This document shows positions 30,533 to 40,121 of a stretch of 64,000 bases of DNA, piece after piece. The notes beneath the pieces were generated by a model, which ran no database searches, was not told the origin of the DNA, and was given only the letters and a program-made list of their open reading frames with translations. Each line of letters opens with the position of its first letter. Position 1 is the stretch's first letter. Made by a program: the position numbers and the translations under genes. Location: contig JBGARZ010000003.1 of assembly GCA_044229975.1 (NCBI GenBank), forward strand, positions 320,001-384,000. Direction: 5' to 3'. This DNA is from Polyangiales bacterium (GTDB taxonomy: Bacteria > Myxococcota_A > Polyangia > Polyangiales > Ga0077539).

Positions 30533-31432
30533 CTAGTAGCGAGGGGCGCCGGAGCGCATCACTTCGCCGTAGAGCACGAACTCGATGCCGTGCGTCGCGT
30601 CGGGCATCGAGCCCCGCACCACCATCGGCTCCGGGACGGACTTGTGCTCGTCCGCATCGAGCCGCTCGCCCTGCGGGAAGGCGTAGCCCGACAAGCCCGT
30701 CGGCTCGCCGTCGGTGCGCGTGCGGATCTCCAGCGCGCGAAGCACATACGGCGCGCAGGTGCCCGTCGGGCAGGGGTTGTGCACGTTCGCGGTCACGGAG
30801 AGGAAGCCCGCGTCGCTCGCGGCCGGAGGGGTGCTCACGGAGGGCCGCACATCGACCTCGAGCGACGCGACGGCCCCGGTATTTCCGACGCTGGTGAAGG
30901 ACACCGTGCCGTGCCACACGGGGTCACCCGCGACGACGGAAGGGTCGGAGCGGAGCTGCGCCAGCGGGCTCGGGGACGGAGGAAGCGTGAGCGAGATGGC
31001 GGCCGTGGCGCCGTCGCCCAGCATCACCCGCGTCGACGATGACCACGGGGCGACGAAGGACGAGCCGCGCACCTCGTAGATGCCCGGGGCGAGCGCGTCG
31101 AGCAGCTGGGTGGCGTTGCGATCCCAGCGCAGCACACGCTCGAAGCCATCGCCGCCCGCGCAGCGCACCATCAACCAGACCTCGGGCGCGCGCATCGTCA
31201 GGCCGGGGTCGAGACCCAGCGAGACGCGCAGGCGACTGGTTCCGGTCGCGGCGCAGGGCGCGGGGGTCACCCGGTCGGGCACGAGCCCGGCGGAGGTGTC
31301 GGCGGACGCGGTGTCGGAGGCACGAGACCCGCCATCGACGACGGCGTCGGAGGGCGGAGGGGTGGCGCCACACCCTGCCGTTGCGAGGAGGTAGATCCAC
31401 GGCGAGAGACGCCGCAGCGAAAGGAAGTTCAT
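30533..31432 (-). CDS. Hypothetical lipoprotein
   Basis: Lipobox TAGC; prealbumin-like strand LAPGIYEVR. Confidence 0.68.
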   Translation of the reverse strand: MNFLSLRRLSPWIYLLATAGCGATPPPSDAVVDGGSRASDTASADTSAGLVPDRVTPAPCAATGTSRLRVSLGLDPGLTMRAPEVWLMVRCAGGDGFERVLRWDRNATQLLDALAPGIYEVRGSSFVAPWSSSTRVMLGDGATAAISLTLPPSPSPLAQLRSDPSVVAGDPVWHGTVSFTSVGNTGAVASLEVDVRPSVSTPPAASDAGFLSVTANVHNPCPTGTCAPYVLRALEIRTRTDGEPTGLSGYAFPQGERLDADEHKSVPEPMVVRGSMPDATHGIEFVLYGEVMRSGAPRY

Positions 31433-31490
31433 TGCGGACAGGTATAGCAACGGTCGGGGGACGGGCGAAACGACCAGCGACGAGCGTCAG

Positions 31491-32324
31491 CTATGGCGCA
31501 GGAGTCGCGGTCTGCCTCGCGTTGGTGCGGACCACCTCGCGCACGACGTCCACGCGCACGAGGGCGTCGCCCTGCACCCGCCAGGTCTCGCGACGGATCT
31601 CCCGCCCCGCGGGTTGCCCGGCGAGCCCGCCGTGCAGTGGACGCTGCTCCACGTAGAGGTCGCGCGGGAGGGGCAGCTCCTCCAGGAGGTCCCATCGTCC
31701 CTGCGTCGCCGCACCCGTCGCCGCATCGAACGAGCCTAAGCCCACAGAGCCCTCGTACCACCGCAGCGACCCGTCGTCGGCGAGCCGCGCCACCCGCAGC
31801 ACGCGCCCCGTCTCGTCGTCGCCATCATCGCTCGCGGCCTCGGTCTCGGCCACCATCTCGCGAGCGTCCGCGCTCGTGAGCGACACGGCGGTCACCTGCG
31901 CCACCGACCGTACGCAGTGCCCCGGGCGGGCCTCGTCCACCATCGCGAGGTGCCCCACCGGGCGCCACGCTCCGTCGCGCCACGCGAGACCCACCAGGGC
32001 TGCGTTGCCGCAGTCGGTGCGCACCACCACCGCGGCGGCCGACTGCACGCACGCCACGGCCACGGCTTCGTTCACGCGCTCGTCCGTCGCGGCCTCGCCC
32101 GCGAGGGTTCGCTCGCTGCCGGCCGCACGCAGCACCACCCCCGCGGCGCGGAGCGTCGAAGCATCGCCCGACCGTAGCGATGCGACGGCGTCGGTGACGC
32201 GCGCGCAGTCCGCCGCGACCGCGATGGGTGCGATGGTCGTCGATGGGATGCGGGTCGTCGCGCACGCGACCGACAGCAGCGAGGCAACCAGCAGCGACCT
32301 CGCGATGCCCCGGCGCTCAGCCAC
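31491..32324 (-). CDS. Hypothetical lipoprotein
   Basis: Lipobox SVAC; overlaps the end of the ferredoxin gene. Confidence 0.65.
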   Translation of the reverse strand: MAERRGIARSLLVASLLSVACATTRIPSTTIAPIAVAADCARVTDAVASLRSGDASTLRAAGVVLRAAGSERTLAGEAATDERVNEAVAVACVQSAAAVVVRTDCGNAALVGLAWRDGAWRPVGHLAMVDEARPGHCVRSVAQVTAVSLTSADAREMVAETEAASDDGDDETGRVLRVARLADDGSLRWYEGSVGLGSFDAATGAATQGRWDLLEELPLPRDLYVEQRPLHGGLAGQPAGREIRRETWRVQGDALVRVDVVREVVRTNARQTATPAP

Positions 32325-32688
32325 GGCGGAGCAGCGCGATGGCCTCGGGCGAGGTGTTCTCCGCGGTCAATCGACGACCCGCGAGCGACGGCTCGGCGAG
32401 CACGCCCCCGGCGGTCTCAAGCCCGCGCACCAGCGCCGGAACGTCCGCCGCCGTGAGCTGCCCGAGCAGCACGTCGTCGGGCATCACGGCCGCGGTGATG
32501 CCGTGCTCGCAGTGGTCGATGCAGCTCGACGACATCACCCGCACGCGCGCCCCCTGCCCCGCGACGCGGGTCGCGCGCTTCAGCTCGTCGACGAGCGCTT
32601 CGGAGCCGCGCGCCGCGCACGATCCGCGCGGGTGGTCGTCGGCGCGGCGGTTGGTACAGATCCACACGTGACGCTCTCGGAAGGGCAT
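32317..32688 (-). CDS. Thioredoxin-like [2Fe-2S] ferredoxin
   Basis: HVWICTNRR...RGSC...SSCIDHCEHG; TATAAA 7 nt upstream of the ATG. Confidence 0.88.
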   Translation of the reverse strand: MPFRERHVWICTNRRADDHPRGSCAARGSEALVDELKRATRVAGQGARVRVMSSSCIDHCEHGITAAVMPDDVLLGQLTAADVPALVRGLETAGGVLAEPSLAGRRLTAENTSPEAIALLRRG

Positions 32689-32740
32689 GCGTGCGTTTAT
32701 ACACACGCCCGGCGCGCGTCCGCGATACTGCCCGTCCGCC

Positions 32741-33628
32741 ATGCGAGTCCGCGTGAAGGCCCGCGCGCCCCGAAACCTCTCCACCCGCACGCCGGGAAAG
32801 CGCGAGCTCGCCCGCTCCTTTGTCGCCCTCGCCCTGCGCGCCGACGTCGGCACCCTCGCCGCCAGCTTCGCCTTCAGCGCCGTCTTCGCCCTCGGCCCGC
32901 TGCTCTCGCTCTCCCTCATCGGGCTCTCCACCCTCCGCAACGACACCTTCCGCGGCGGCCTCGATCGCTTCGCCCGTTCCATCGTCCCGAGCGTCTCGGC
33001 CCCCTTCCTCGACGCCGTCGCCGACCAGCTCCAACGGGCCAGCAACCCGCTCCTCCTCCTGGCCTCCATCCTCGGCCTCGTCTGGACCCTCTCGTCCGCC
33101 TCGGACGCCATCGTGTCCGCGCTCGAGACCATCGGCCGCCGCGACCCGCGCGCCTGGTGGCGCCGTCGCCTGCGCGCCATCCTCCTCGGGCTCGCCGTCG
33201 TCCTCGCGCTCATCGTCGCGGGCGTCGCCGTCAGCCTCGGCCCGCGCGTCTCGACCTTCCTCGGCCACGTCACGGGCCTGCCCTTCGTGATGGTGCAGCC
33301 CCTCACCTCGCGCTGGTTTCGGCTGCCCGTGGTGGCCGTCAGCTTCACCACCCTCTGCATGATCTACTACCGCCACGGCACCATCGACGCCCCGCCGCGG
33401 TACCTCAGCCTCATCGGCGCCATCTTCGGCGGCGTGCTCGCCACCGTCGCATCAGCCGTGCTCTCCGGGTGGTTCGCGCTGCTGCCCCGGCTCGGCGGCG
33501 GGTACGGCGCGGCCACGGCCTTCTTCGCGGTGCTCCTGTGGCTGTACGTGCTCGGGCTCTCGATCTGCCTGGGCGCGTGCCTCACCCACGTGCTGGGCTT
33601 CGTCCCACTGCACCCGCGGCGGCGGTGA
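32741..33628 (+). CDS. YihY/BrkB family membrane protein
   Basis: AASFAFSAVFALGP, six TM helices, YGA.....VLLWLY. Confidence 0.85.
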   Translation: MRVRVKARAPRNLSTRTPGKRELARSFVALALRADVGTLAASFAFSAVFALGPLLSLSLIGLSTLRNDTFRGGLDRFARSIVPSVSAPFLDAVADQLQRASNPLLLLASILGLVWTLSSASDAIVSALETIGRRDPRAWWRRRLRAILLGLAVVLALIVAGVAVSLGPRVSTFLGHVTGLPFVMVQPLTSRWFRLPVVAVSFTTLCMIYYRHGTIDAPPRYLSLIGAIFGGVLATVASAVLSGWFALLPRLGGGYGAATAFFAVLLWLYVLGLSICLGACLTHVLGFVPLHPRRR

Positions 33629-33632
33629 CCCG

Positions 33633-34853
33633 ATGCGCCCCGTCGCACTCCTCGGCGCCGCGCTCCTCGTCGGCTGCCCCGCCCCGAGCGCAGGTCCTCC
33701 CGGTCGACCGCGCGTCGAGCCGCCCGACGTCCCCGTCGTCGATGGAGGCAATCGTCGCTGCGCGCTGCGCTCCGACGCGCCGACGGAGGTCTCCCACGGC
33801 GCCGACCCGGGCCGACTGCGCGCCGCCTGGAACGGCGAGCACTGGGGCATCGTCTGGTCGGAGGTCATCGACGACGAGCCCTCGGTCTTCTTCGCGCGCG
33901 TCGACGCCGACGGCCAACGCCCGCGACCGCCGCTGCGGGTGAGCGAGCGCCGCACCCACGCCTCAGCCCCCGCCGTGTGCTGGAACCGCACCGCCTGGTC
34001 GGTGTTTTTCACGGGCGGCGTGCGCGAGGTCGGGGACATCTACCAGGCGCGCGTGACGAGCCGCGGGAGCGCCGTCGGTCGGCCCTGGCGCATGACCCGC
34101 GGCGCGCGCCTCGACCTCGACCCCGCGGTCGTCGCCACCGAGAGCGCCATCGGGCTCGCGTGGGTCGCGCAGGAGGACACCGGCCGCTGGACCCTCTACG
34201 GCGAGGTGCTCGATCGCTGGGACCGACCGAGCGCGCCGCCCGCCATCCTGCGCAACAGCTCCCTCGCGCTCGGCCCCACGGAGCTCCTCTGGACCGGTCA
34301 GGAGTGGGCCACCGCGTACGTCACCACCGGCGGCCGGGAGGTGTTCGGCGTCGAGCTCGCCCGCATGGACCGCATCGGCTTCCCCCACGGCAGCGTGCAG
34401 CGCGTCACCAGCGGCCGCATCGGCGACGTCAGCGCCGACCGCCGCTTCGCCATCGCCTGGAACGGCGAGCGCTACGGCGTCGCCTGGAGCGAGCTGCGCG
34501 ACGGCGAGCGCCAGCTCTTCTTCCGCTGGGTGAGCGCGCGCGGCAACCCCTTGAGCGAGCCGCGACACGTCGGCCTCGAACACGACACGGCCAGCTCCCC
34601 CACGCTCGTCTCCGTGGGCGACGGCGACCTCCTGCTCGCGTGGGAGTCCGAGCGCGAGGGCGACCGCCGCGTGGCCGTCTCGGTGCTCGACACCGACGGC
34701 GTCCCGCAACGCGAGCCCGTGACGTTGCGCGGGGTCGAGGGCACGGCGTCGGCCCCCGCGCTCGCGCCCTCAGCCGACGCGGTGGGCGTGGTGACCCGGT
34801 CGACGCGCGGCATCAGCTTCCACCGCGTCACCGTCGGTCGCTGCGTGCGCTGA
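33633..34853 (+). CDS. Hypothetical lipoprotein, probable beta-propeller
   Basis: Lipobox LVGC; repeated blades AWNGEHWGIVWSE / LWTGQEWATAY / AWNGERYGVAWSE. Confidence 0.72.
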   Translation: MRPVALLGAALLVGCPAPSAGPPGRPRVEPPDVPVVDGGNRRCALRSDAPTEVSHGADPGRLRAAWNGEHWGIVWSEVIDDEPSVFFARVDADGQRPRPPLRVSERRTHASAPAVCWNRTAWSVFFTGGVREVGDIYQARVTSRGSAVGRPWRMTRGARLDLDPAVVATESAIGLAWVAQEDTGRWTLYGEVLDRWDRPSAPPAILRNSSLALGPTELLWTGQEWATAYVTTGGREVFGVELARMDRIGFPHGSVQRVTSGRIGDVSADRRFAIAWNGERYGVAWSELRDGERQLFFRWVSARGNPLSEPRHVGLEHDTASSPTLVSVGDGDLLLAWESEREGDRRVAVSVLDTDGVPQREPVTLRGVEGTASAPALAPSADAVGVVTRSTRGISFHRVTVGRCVR

Positions 34854-35804
34854 CGCGGCCGGGGGGCGGGCGTTCTCGCGCGCCAGCGGATGGGCACCGT
34901 CGTAGACCTTCATCAGGTGGTCCATGGAGACCTGGGTGTACCGCTGCGTGGTGGAGAGGCTCGCGTGGCCGAGGATCTCCTGGATGGCCCGCAGATCGGC
35001 GCCGCCGTCGAGCAGGTGCGTGGCGCACGCGTGCCGCAGCATGTGCGGGTGCACGGCGTTGGTCCCCGTCGCGACGGCGCCGTAGTCCTTCACCAGTAGC
35101 TGCACCTGCCTCACGCCCAGCCGCTTGCCGCTGCGACCGATGAAGATGGCCGCCGGGTCCTGCCATCCGGTGCGCACGTCGGTGAGCCCGGGCCGCGCCT
35201 CGCGCCACGCATCCAGCGCCGCGATGCACTGCTTCCCCAGCGGAACCACCCGCTCCTTGTTTCCCTTGCCCCGCACCCGCGCGGTCGACCCCTGGAGGTC
35301 GGCGAGGTCCATCCCCACGGCCTCGCTCACCCGCAGCCCGCTGCCGTAGAGCAGCTCGATGAGCGCCTGGTCGCGCTTCACCATCATCGCCTGCCGCGCC
35401 CCGTCGACCGCCTCGTCGCCGCCGACGGGCGCGTCCATCATCCGCCCCGCGTCGGTCACCGACATGGGCTTCTCCAGCCGGCGGCGCACCTTCGGGGCGA
35501 TGAGCCGCGCCGTCGGGTCGTCGCCGCGCCACCCCGTTCGCAGCGCGTGGCGGAAGAAGGTCTTCACCGCCGAGACGTTGCGCGCGAGCGTCGCCCCGAC
35601 GCGGGCCTTCGAGCGCTCGGCCAGCCATCCCCGCAGCAGCGCGAGGTCGATGCCATCGAGGTCGACGTCGGCCCCGCGGTGCAGCCGCGCGTAGGCCGAC
35701 AGGGCTTCGAGGTCGCGGCGGTAGTGCTCCACGGTCAACGGCGAGGCGCGGCGCTCGTGCGTCAACCACTCGCAAAACGACTCGATGCGCGCGACCAGGG
35801 CCAT
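34770..35804 (-). CDS. xerC: Tyrosine recombinase XerC
   Basis: ER..S..T...Y.RDL, RD.A..ELLYGSGLRVSE, GKGNKER, HPHMLRHACATHLL, LGHASLSTTQRYT.V, AHP. Confidence 0.88.
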   Translation of the reverse strand: MALVARIESFCEWLTHERRASPLTVEHYRRDLEALSAYARLHRGADVDLDGIDLALLRGWLAERSKARVGATLARNVSAVKTFFRHALRTGWRGDDPTARLIAPKVRRRLEKPMSVTDAGRMMDAPVGGDEAVDGARQAMMVKRDQALIELLYGSGLRVSEAVGMDLADLQGSTARVRGKGNKERVVPLGKQCIAALDAWREARPGLTDVRTGWQDPAAIFIGRSGKRLGVRQVQLLVKDYGAVATGTNAVHPHMLRHACATHLLDGGADLRAIQEILGHASLSTTQRYTQVSMDHLMKVYDGAHPLARENARPPAASAHAATDGDAVEADAARRPGHHAHRVG

Positions 35805-35913
35805 GGCGACCGCAAGCCTATGACATGCCCCCACCCGCGGTCGGAAACTCCTGTCGACCGCGCCGGAGATTCCCTCTCCACGCGCCGCGGGGTCGTGGGT
35901 GATACTCCCGCCC

Positions 35914-38361
35914 ATGGCGCTGTTTGGATCGAGCCGCTCTCCCCTCCAGAAGGTGAAGGAAGCGCAGTGGCGCACCGACGAGGAGAAGCTCGCCGCGCTC
36001 TCTGCGCTGCGCGAAGACCACTCCGTCAAGCCCGCGGAGCTCATCGTGCTCTTCTGGGTCGCCGACGTGACCGTGCGCCAGGCCGCCGCGTCCATCTACA
36101 TCGGGCGCGCCGACGCGAAGTCCGTCGCGCTGCTCTTCTCCGAGATGCAGTCCCAGCACGCCGCGGCCAAGACCTTCGCCCAGCGCGTCATCGCCCGGCT
36201 CTCCACGCAGCTCGTCGCCCCGGCCATCGAGGAGCTGCTCCGCGACCCCAACCCCATGCGCCAGCGCGTCGGCTGGGAGACCGCCCTCGAACTCCCCGCC
36301 CGCGAGCGCATGCCCTACGCCCGCCGCGCCCTCAAGGACGCCCCGTCCGCGATGCGCGTCACCGCCCTCCAACGCCTCGCCGCGGACCACGGGGCCGACG
36401 CCATCCTCGACGACCTCATGGCCCTCGCGCGCGACCCCGACGACCGCTTCCGCGAGCGCGTCATCGAGACGCTCGCCTCGCTGGAGAAGCCCCGCGCCGA
36501 CGTCACCGAGCTCATGCTCGAACGCTTCGCCCAGGACAACGCCTCCGTCCGCGCCCACGCGCTCAAGGCCATCCAGCTCGCGAGCCAGCGCGACCCCGCC
36601 GGGCTCCAGCCGCGGCTCTACAAGCTGCTCGCCGAAGGGGACGACGCCATCCGCCGCATCGCGGTCGACATCCTCTTCTCCACGGGGAAGCCCGAGGCCG
36701 TGCTGACGGAGATCCTCCAGCAGTCGCGCACCATGGTCGGCTGGCTGCGCACCCGCATCCTCAACACCCTCAAGACCTTCGGCGACGACGTACTTCGTCC
36801 CGCGGTGCACCTCCTCGACCACGCCGACGAGGAGGTTCGGATGCAGGCCCTCGTGCTCGCCGAGCACTTCGAAGACCCGCGCCTCGTCGGCCCCGTGGTG
36901 AAGCTCCTCGACGACCACGACTGGTGGCTCCGCATCACCGCCTGCGAGACCCTCGGCAAGCTCAAGGACGAGCGCGTCGTCCCGCATCTGGTGAAGGCCC
37001 TCGGCGACCCCGACACCCGCTGGGCCGCCATCGACGCGCTCGGCAGCATCGGCGGCGAAGGCGCCCTGCGCGCGCTCGTCGACCTGCTCAAGGACGAGCG
37101 GCCCGAGGTGCGCCTCGAAGTGCTGCGCGCCTGCGCGCGATCGAAGGACCCGCGCATGATCAAGCTCTTCCAACGCGTCATGGAGGGCGACGCCGACCAG
37201 GAGGTGCGGACGCGCGCGGCGGAGATGTTCCGCGAGGTGGGCGGGGTGGTGGGCCGCGAGCAGACCGCCGCCGTGAGCAGCGAGCGCATCGCGCAGCCGC
37301 TCGACAAGCTGCTGGCCCTCGGGCGCGAGCGCGGGGCCTCGGACATCCACGTCACCGTCGGCGAGCCGCCCTTCCTCCGGGTGGCGGGCGTCATCGAGCG
37401 CGTCGACTCTGCCGTCCTCGACGCCGCCGCGTGCGAGGCGCTCATCACCGCCATCATCGACCCGGTGCGCCGCAAGGCCCTCGACGCCGACGGCGAGGTC
37501 GACTTCTGCCACGCCGTCCACGGCGTCGGGCGCTACCGGGCCAACGCGTTTCGACAGCGCAAGGGGCTGTGCGCGTCGTTCCGTTGCATCCCCAACATCC
37601 CGCCGACCTTCGCCGACCTTCGGCTGCCAGGGCAGCTCACCGAGCTGCTCGACTACCACCAGGGGCTCATCCTCGTGACGGGCCCGGCGGGCGGCGGCAA
37701 GAGCACCACCCTCGCCGCCATCATCAACCTCATCAACGAGACCAAGAGCGACCACGTCATCACCCTCGAAGACCCCATCGAGTTCGTTCACCTCGCGAAG
37801 TCGTCACTGGTCAACCAGCGCGAGGTGGGCCGACACACCGGGAGCTTCGCCCGCGCCCTGCGCGCCGCCCTGCGCGAAGACCCCGACGTCATCATGGTCG
37901 GCGAGATGCGCGACGTGGAGACCATCCGCATGGCCATGACCGCCGCCGAAACCGGGCACCTCGTCATCGCCACGATGCACACGACGAGTGCGGTCGCGAC
38001 GGTCGATCGCCTCATCGAGAGCTTTCCCCCCGATGAGCAGGCGCAGGTGCGCATGGGCCTCTCCGAGAGCCTCAAATACGTCGTGTCCCAGAGCCTCGCG
38101 CCGCGCGCCGACGGCAAGGGGCGCGTCGCCGTCTACGAGGTGCTCAAGGGCACCATGAACGTGGGGACCATGATCCGCGACCAGAAGACCTACCAGCTCC
38201 CGAGCCTCATGCAGATCAACCGCAGCGCCGGGATGCAGACGCTCGATCAGAGCCTCGAAGACCTGCTCGACGCCGGGCTCATCACCGCGGAGTGGGCCTA
38301 CGGCCGCGCCGAGCGCAAGGAGCCCTTCGAGGCGCGCCTCTCGGCGGGAGCGTCGGCGTGA
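35914..38361 (+). CDS. HEAT-repeat / PilT-family ATPase fusion
   Basis: About 450 aa of HEAT/PBS-lyase repeats (DHDWWLRITACETLGKL, DERPEVRLEVL), then ASDIH, GPAGGGKSTT, EDPIE, REDPDVIMVGEMRD, GHLVIATMHT. Confidence 0.9.
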   Translation: MALFGSSRSPLQKVKEAQWRTDEEKLAALSALREDHSVKPAELIVLFWVADVTVRQAAASIYIGRADAKSVALLFSEMQSQHAAAKTFAQRVIARLSTQLVAPAIEELLRDPNPMRQRVGWETALELPARERMPYARRALKDAPSAMRVTALQRLAADHGADAILDDLMALARDPDDRFRERVIETLASLEKPRADVTELMLERFAQDNASVRAHALKAIQLASQRDPAGLQPRLYKLLAEGDDAIRRIAVDILFSTGKPEAVLTEILQQSRTMVGWLRTRILNTLKTFGDDVLRPAVHLLDHADEEVRMQALVLAEHFEDPRLVGPVVKLLDDHDWWLRITACETLGKLKDERVVPHLVKALGDPDTRWAAIDALGSIGGEGALRALVDLLKDERPEVRLEVLRACARSKDPRMIKLFQRVMEGDADQEVRTRAAEMFREVGGVVGREQTAAVSSERIAQPLDKLLALGRERGASDIHVTVGEPPFLRVAGVIERVDSAVLDAAACEALITAIIDPVRRKALDADGEVDFCHAVHGVGRYRANAFRQRKGLCASFRCIPNIPPTFADLRLPGQLTELLDYHQGLILVTGPAGGGKSTTLAAIINLINETKSDHVITLEDPIEFVHLAKSSLVNQREVGRHTGSFARALRAALREDPDVIMVGEMRDVETIRMAMTAAETGHLVIATMHTTSAVATVDRLIESFPPDEQAQVRMGLSESLKYVVSQSLAPRADGKGRVAVYEVLKGTMNVGTMIRDQKTYQLPSLMQINRSAGMQTLDQSLEDLLDAGLITAEWAYGRAERKEPFEARLSAGASA

Positions 38362-40106
38362 GCAACGAGCGACGGCCGTCCCGCAAGCCCCCTGGTGCGC
38401 CCGTGCGCGAAGAGCGCGTCGGCGGCATCCGCGAAGAGCGCATCGGCCCCGTCGACGCCCGCGCCGAGCGTTCGTCCACGCGACCCGGCAAGCCGCCGTC
38501 CCTTCGACCGGGAGCGCCCCGCGAAGAGCGCTTCGGGGGCATCCGCGAGGAGCGTGTGGGCCCGCGCACCAACGCCCTCGCCGAGGAGATCGTCCGTCGC
38601 CCCGCCAAGACCATTCCGCCCGCGCGCCCGCCCGGTGAGGCCCCGCGACGCACCGGCAAGACCGTGCCCCCAGCGCGCCCGCCGGAGGAGTCCGTGGCCC
38701 GCCCGCGGAAGTCCGTGCGGCCCGGTGGGCAGCCGAAGCCGGTGCCCGCGCCGACGCTCCCCGCGCCGCCCGAGCACGATGTGGTGATCCCCGCGCGGCC
38801 GCTACTGCCGACGGGCGTTCTGCCCAACGCGATCTACGTCCAGAAGTCACCACTGAGCCCGCCGCGGATGCCCGGCGCCCCCATCGCGCAAGCGCCCGTC
38901 GCGCAGCGGCCCGCCACGCCCGCGCCGATGCCTGCGGTCGCGCCGGCGCCGGCTCCAGTCGCGCCCGCGGTGGTGGCGGTGAAGCCCGCGCTCTCCAACG
39001 TCGCGCCCGGCACGCCGGGACAGAACCGCATCGACCGCTTCCTCAAGCTGATGAACGACCGCGGCGCGAGCGACCTGCACCTGTCGGTGGGTCGTCCGCC
39101 CATCTTCCGCTTGAGCGGGCGCATGGAGCCCATCCGCTACCGGACGCTCGACCGTTCGGACTTCACGCAGCTCCTCGAGGCCATCACCCCGGCGCACCTG
39201 TGGGCGGAGTTCGTGGAGACCGGCGACGTGGACTTCGCGTACGAGATTCCCAACGTGTCGCGCTTCCGCGTCAACCTCTTCCGCCAGGAGCGCGGTGACG
39301 CCGCGGTGCTGCGGGTGATCCCCACGAAGCTGATGACGGTGGCGCAGCTCGGGTTGCCCGAGTCCATCCGCAAGATCGTCCACCTGCGCTCGGGTCTGGT
39401 GCTGGTGACGGGGCCGACGGGGTCGGGCAAGAGCACCACGCTCTCGGCCATCATCAACGAGATGAACGAGACCCGTCGCATGCACTTCGTCACCATCGAA
39501 GACCCGATCGAGTTCGTTCATCCCAACAAGAAGTCGCTGATGTCGCAGCGCGAGATCGGGCCGCACTCCAGGAGCTTCTCCACGGCCTTGCGCGCCGCCG
39601 TGCGCGAAGACCCCGACGCCATCCTCGTCGGCGAGATGCGCGACCTGGAGACCATCTCCATGGCCCTCGCGGCGGCCGAGACCGGCGTGCTGGTCTTCGG
39701 GACGCTCCACACCAACTCGGCGGCCAAGACCATCGACCGCGTGGTCAACGTGTTTCCGGCCGATCGTCAGCCGGGCGTTCGCGGGACGCTGGCATCCGTG
39801 CTGAAGGGCGTCGTGGCGCAGCAGCTCCTGCGCAAGAAGAAGGGCGGTCGCTGCGCGGCGGTGGAGATCCTGTTCGGGAGCAACGCGATGGCGTCGATGA
39901 TCCGCGACGGCAAGTCGAACCAGATCTCCGGGCTCATCAAGCTCGGCAAGAAGGACGGCATGATCGCCATGGACGACGCGCTCAAGGCCCTGGTGGACGA
40001 CGAGTCCATCGAGCCACTGGCGGGCCTGGAGAAGGCCATCGACAAGGACGACTTCCGCAAGTGGCTGAAGGAGCGGGGCATCGCGGCGCCGGACGACGCG
40101 CACTGA
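38358..40106 (+). CDS. pilT: PilT-family ATPase with Pro/Arg-rich N-terminal extension
   Basis: GTGA overlap with the previous stop; ASDLHL, GPTGSGKSTT, EDPIE, REDPD..LVGEMRD, GTLHTNSA. Confidence 0.88.
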   Translation: MSNERRPSRKPPGAPVREERVGGIREERIGPVDARAERSSTRPGKPPSLRPGAPREERFGGIREERVGPRTNALAEEIVRRPAKTIPPARPPGEAPRRTGKTVPPARPPEESVARPRKSVRPGGQPKPVPAPTLPAPPEHDVVIPARPLLPTGVLPNAIYVQKSPLSPPRMPGAPIAQAPVAQRPATPAPMPAVAPAPAPVAPAVVAVKPALSNVAPGTPGQNRIDRFLKLMNDRGASDLHLSVGRPPIFRLSGRMEPIRYRTLDRSDFTQLLEAITPAHLWAEFVETGDVDFAYEIPNVSRFRVNLFRQERGDAAVLRVIPTKLMTVAQLGLPESIRKIVHLRSGLVLVTGPTGSGKSTTLSAIINEMNETRRMHFVTIEDPIEFVHPNKKSLMSQREIGPHSRSFSTALRAAVREDPDAILVGEMRDLETISMALAAAETGVLVFGTLHTNSAAKTIDRVVNVFPADRQPGVRGTLASVLKGVVAQQLLRKKKGGRCAAVEILFGSNAMASMIRDGKSNQISGLIKLGKKDGMIAMDDALKALVDDESIEPLAGLEKAIDKDDFRKWLKERGIAAPDDAH

Positions 40107-40121
40107 GGGCGGCGGACGAGG

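Noticed and set aside
34770..35804. Tyrosine recombinase as a prophage/ICE integrase
   Set aside because: Size and motifs fit housekeeping XerC; no phage or conjugation genes or compositional break nearby.
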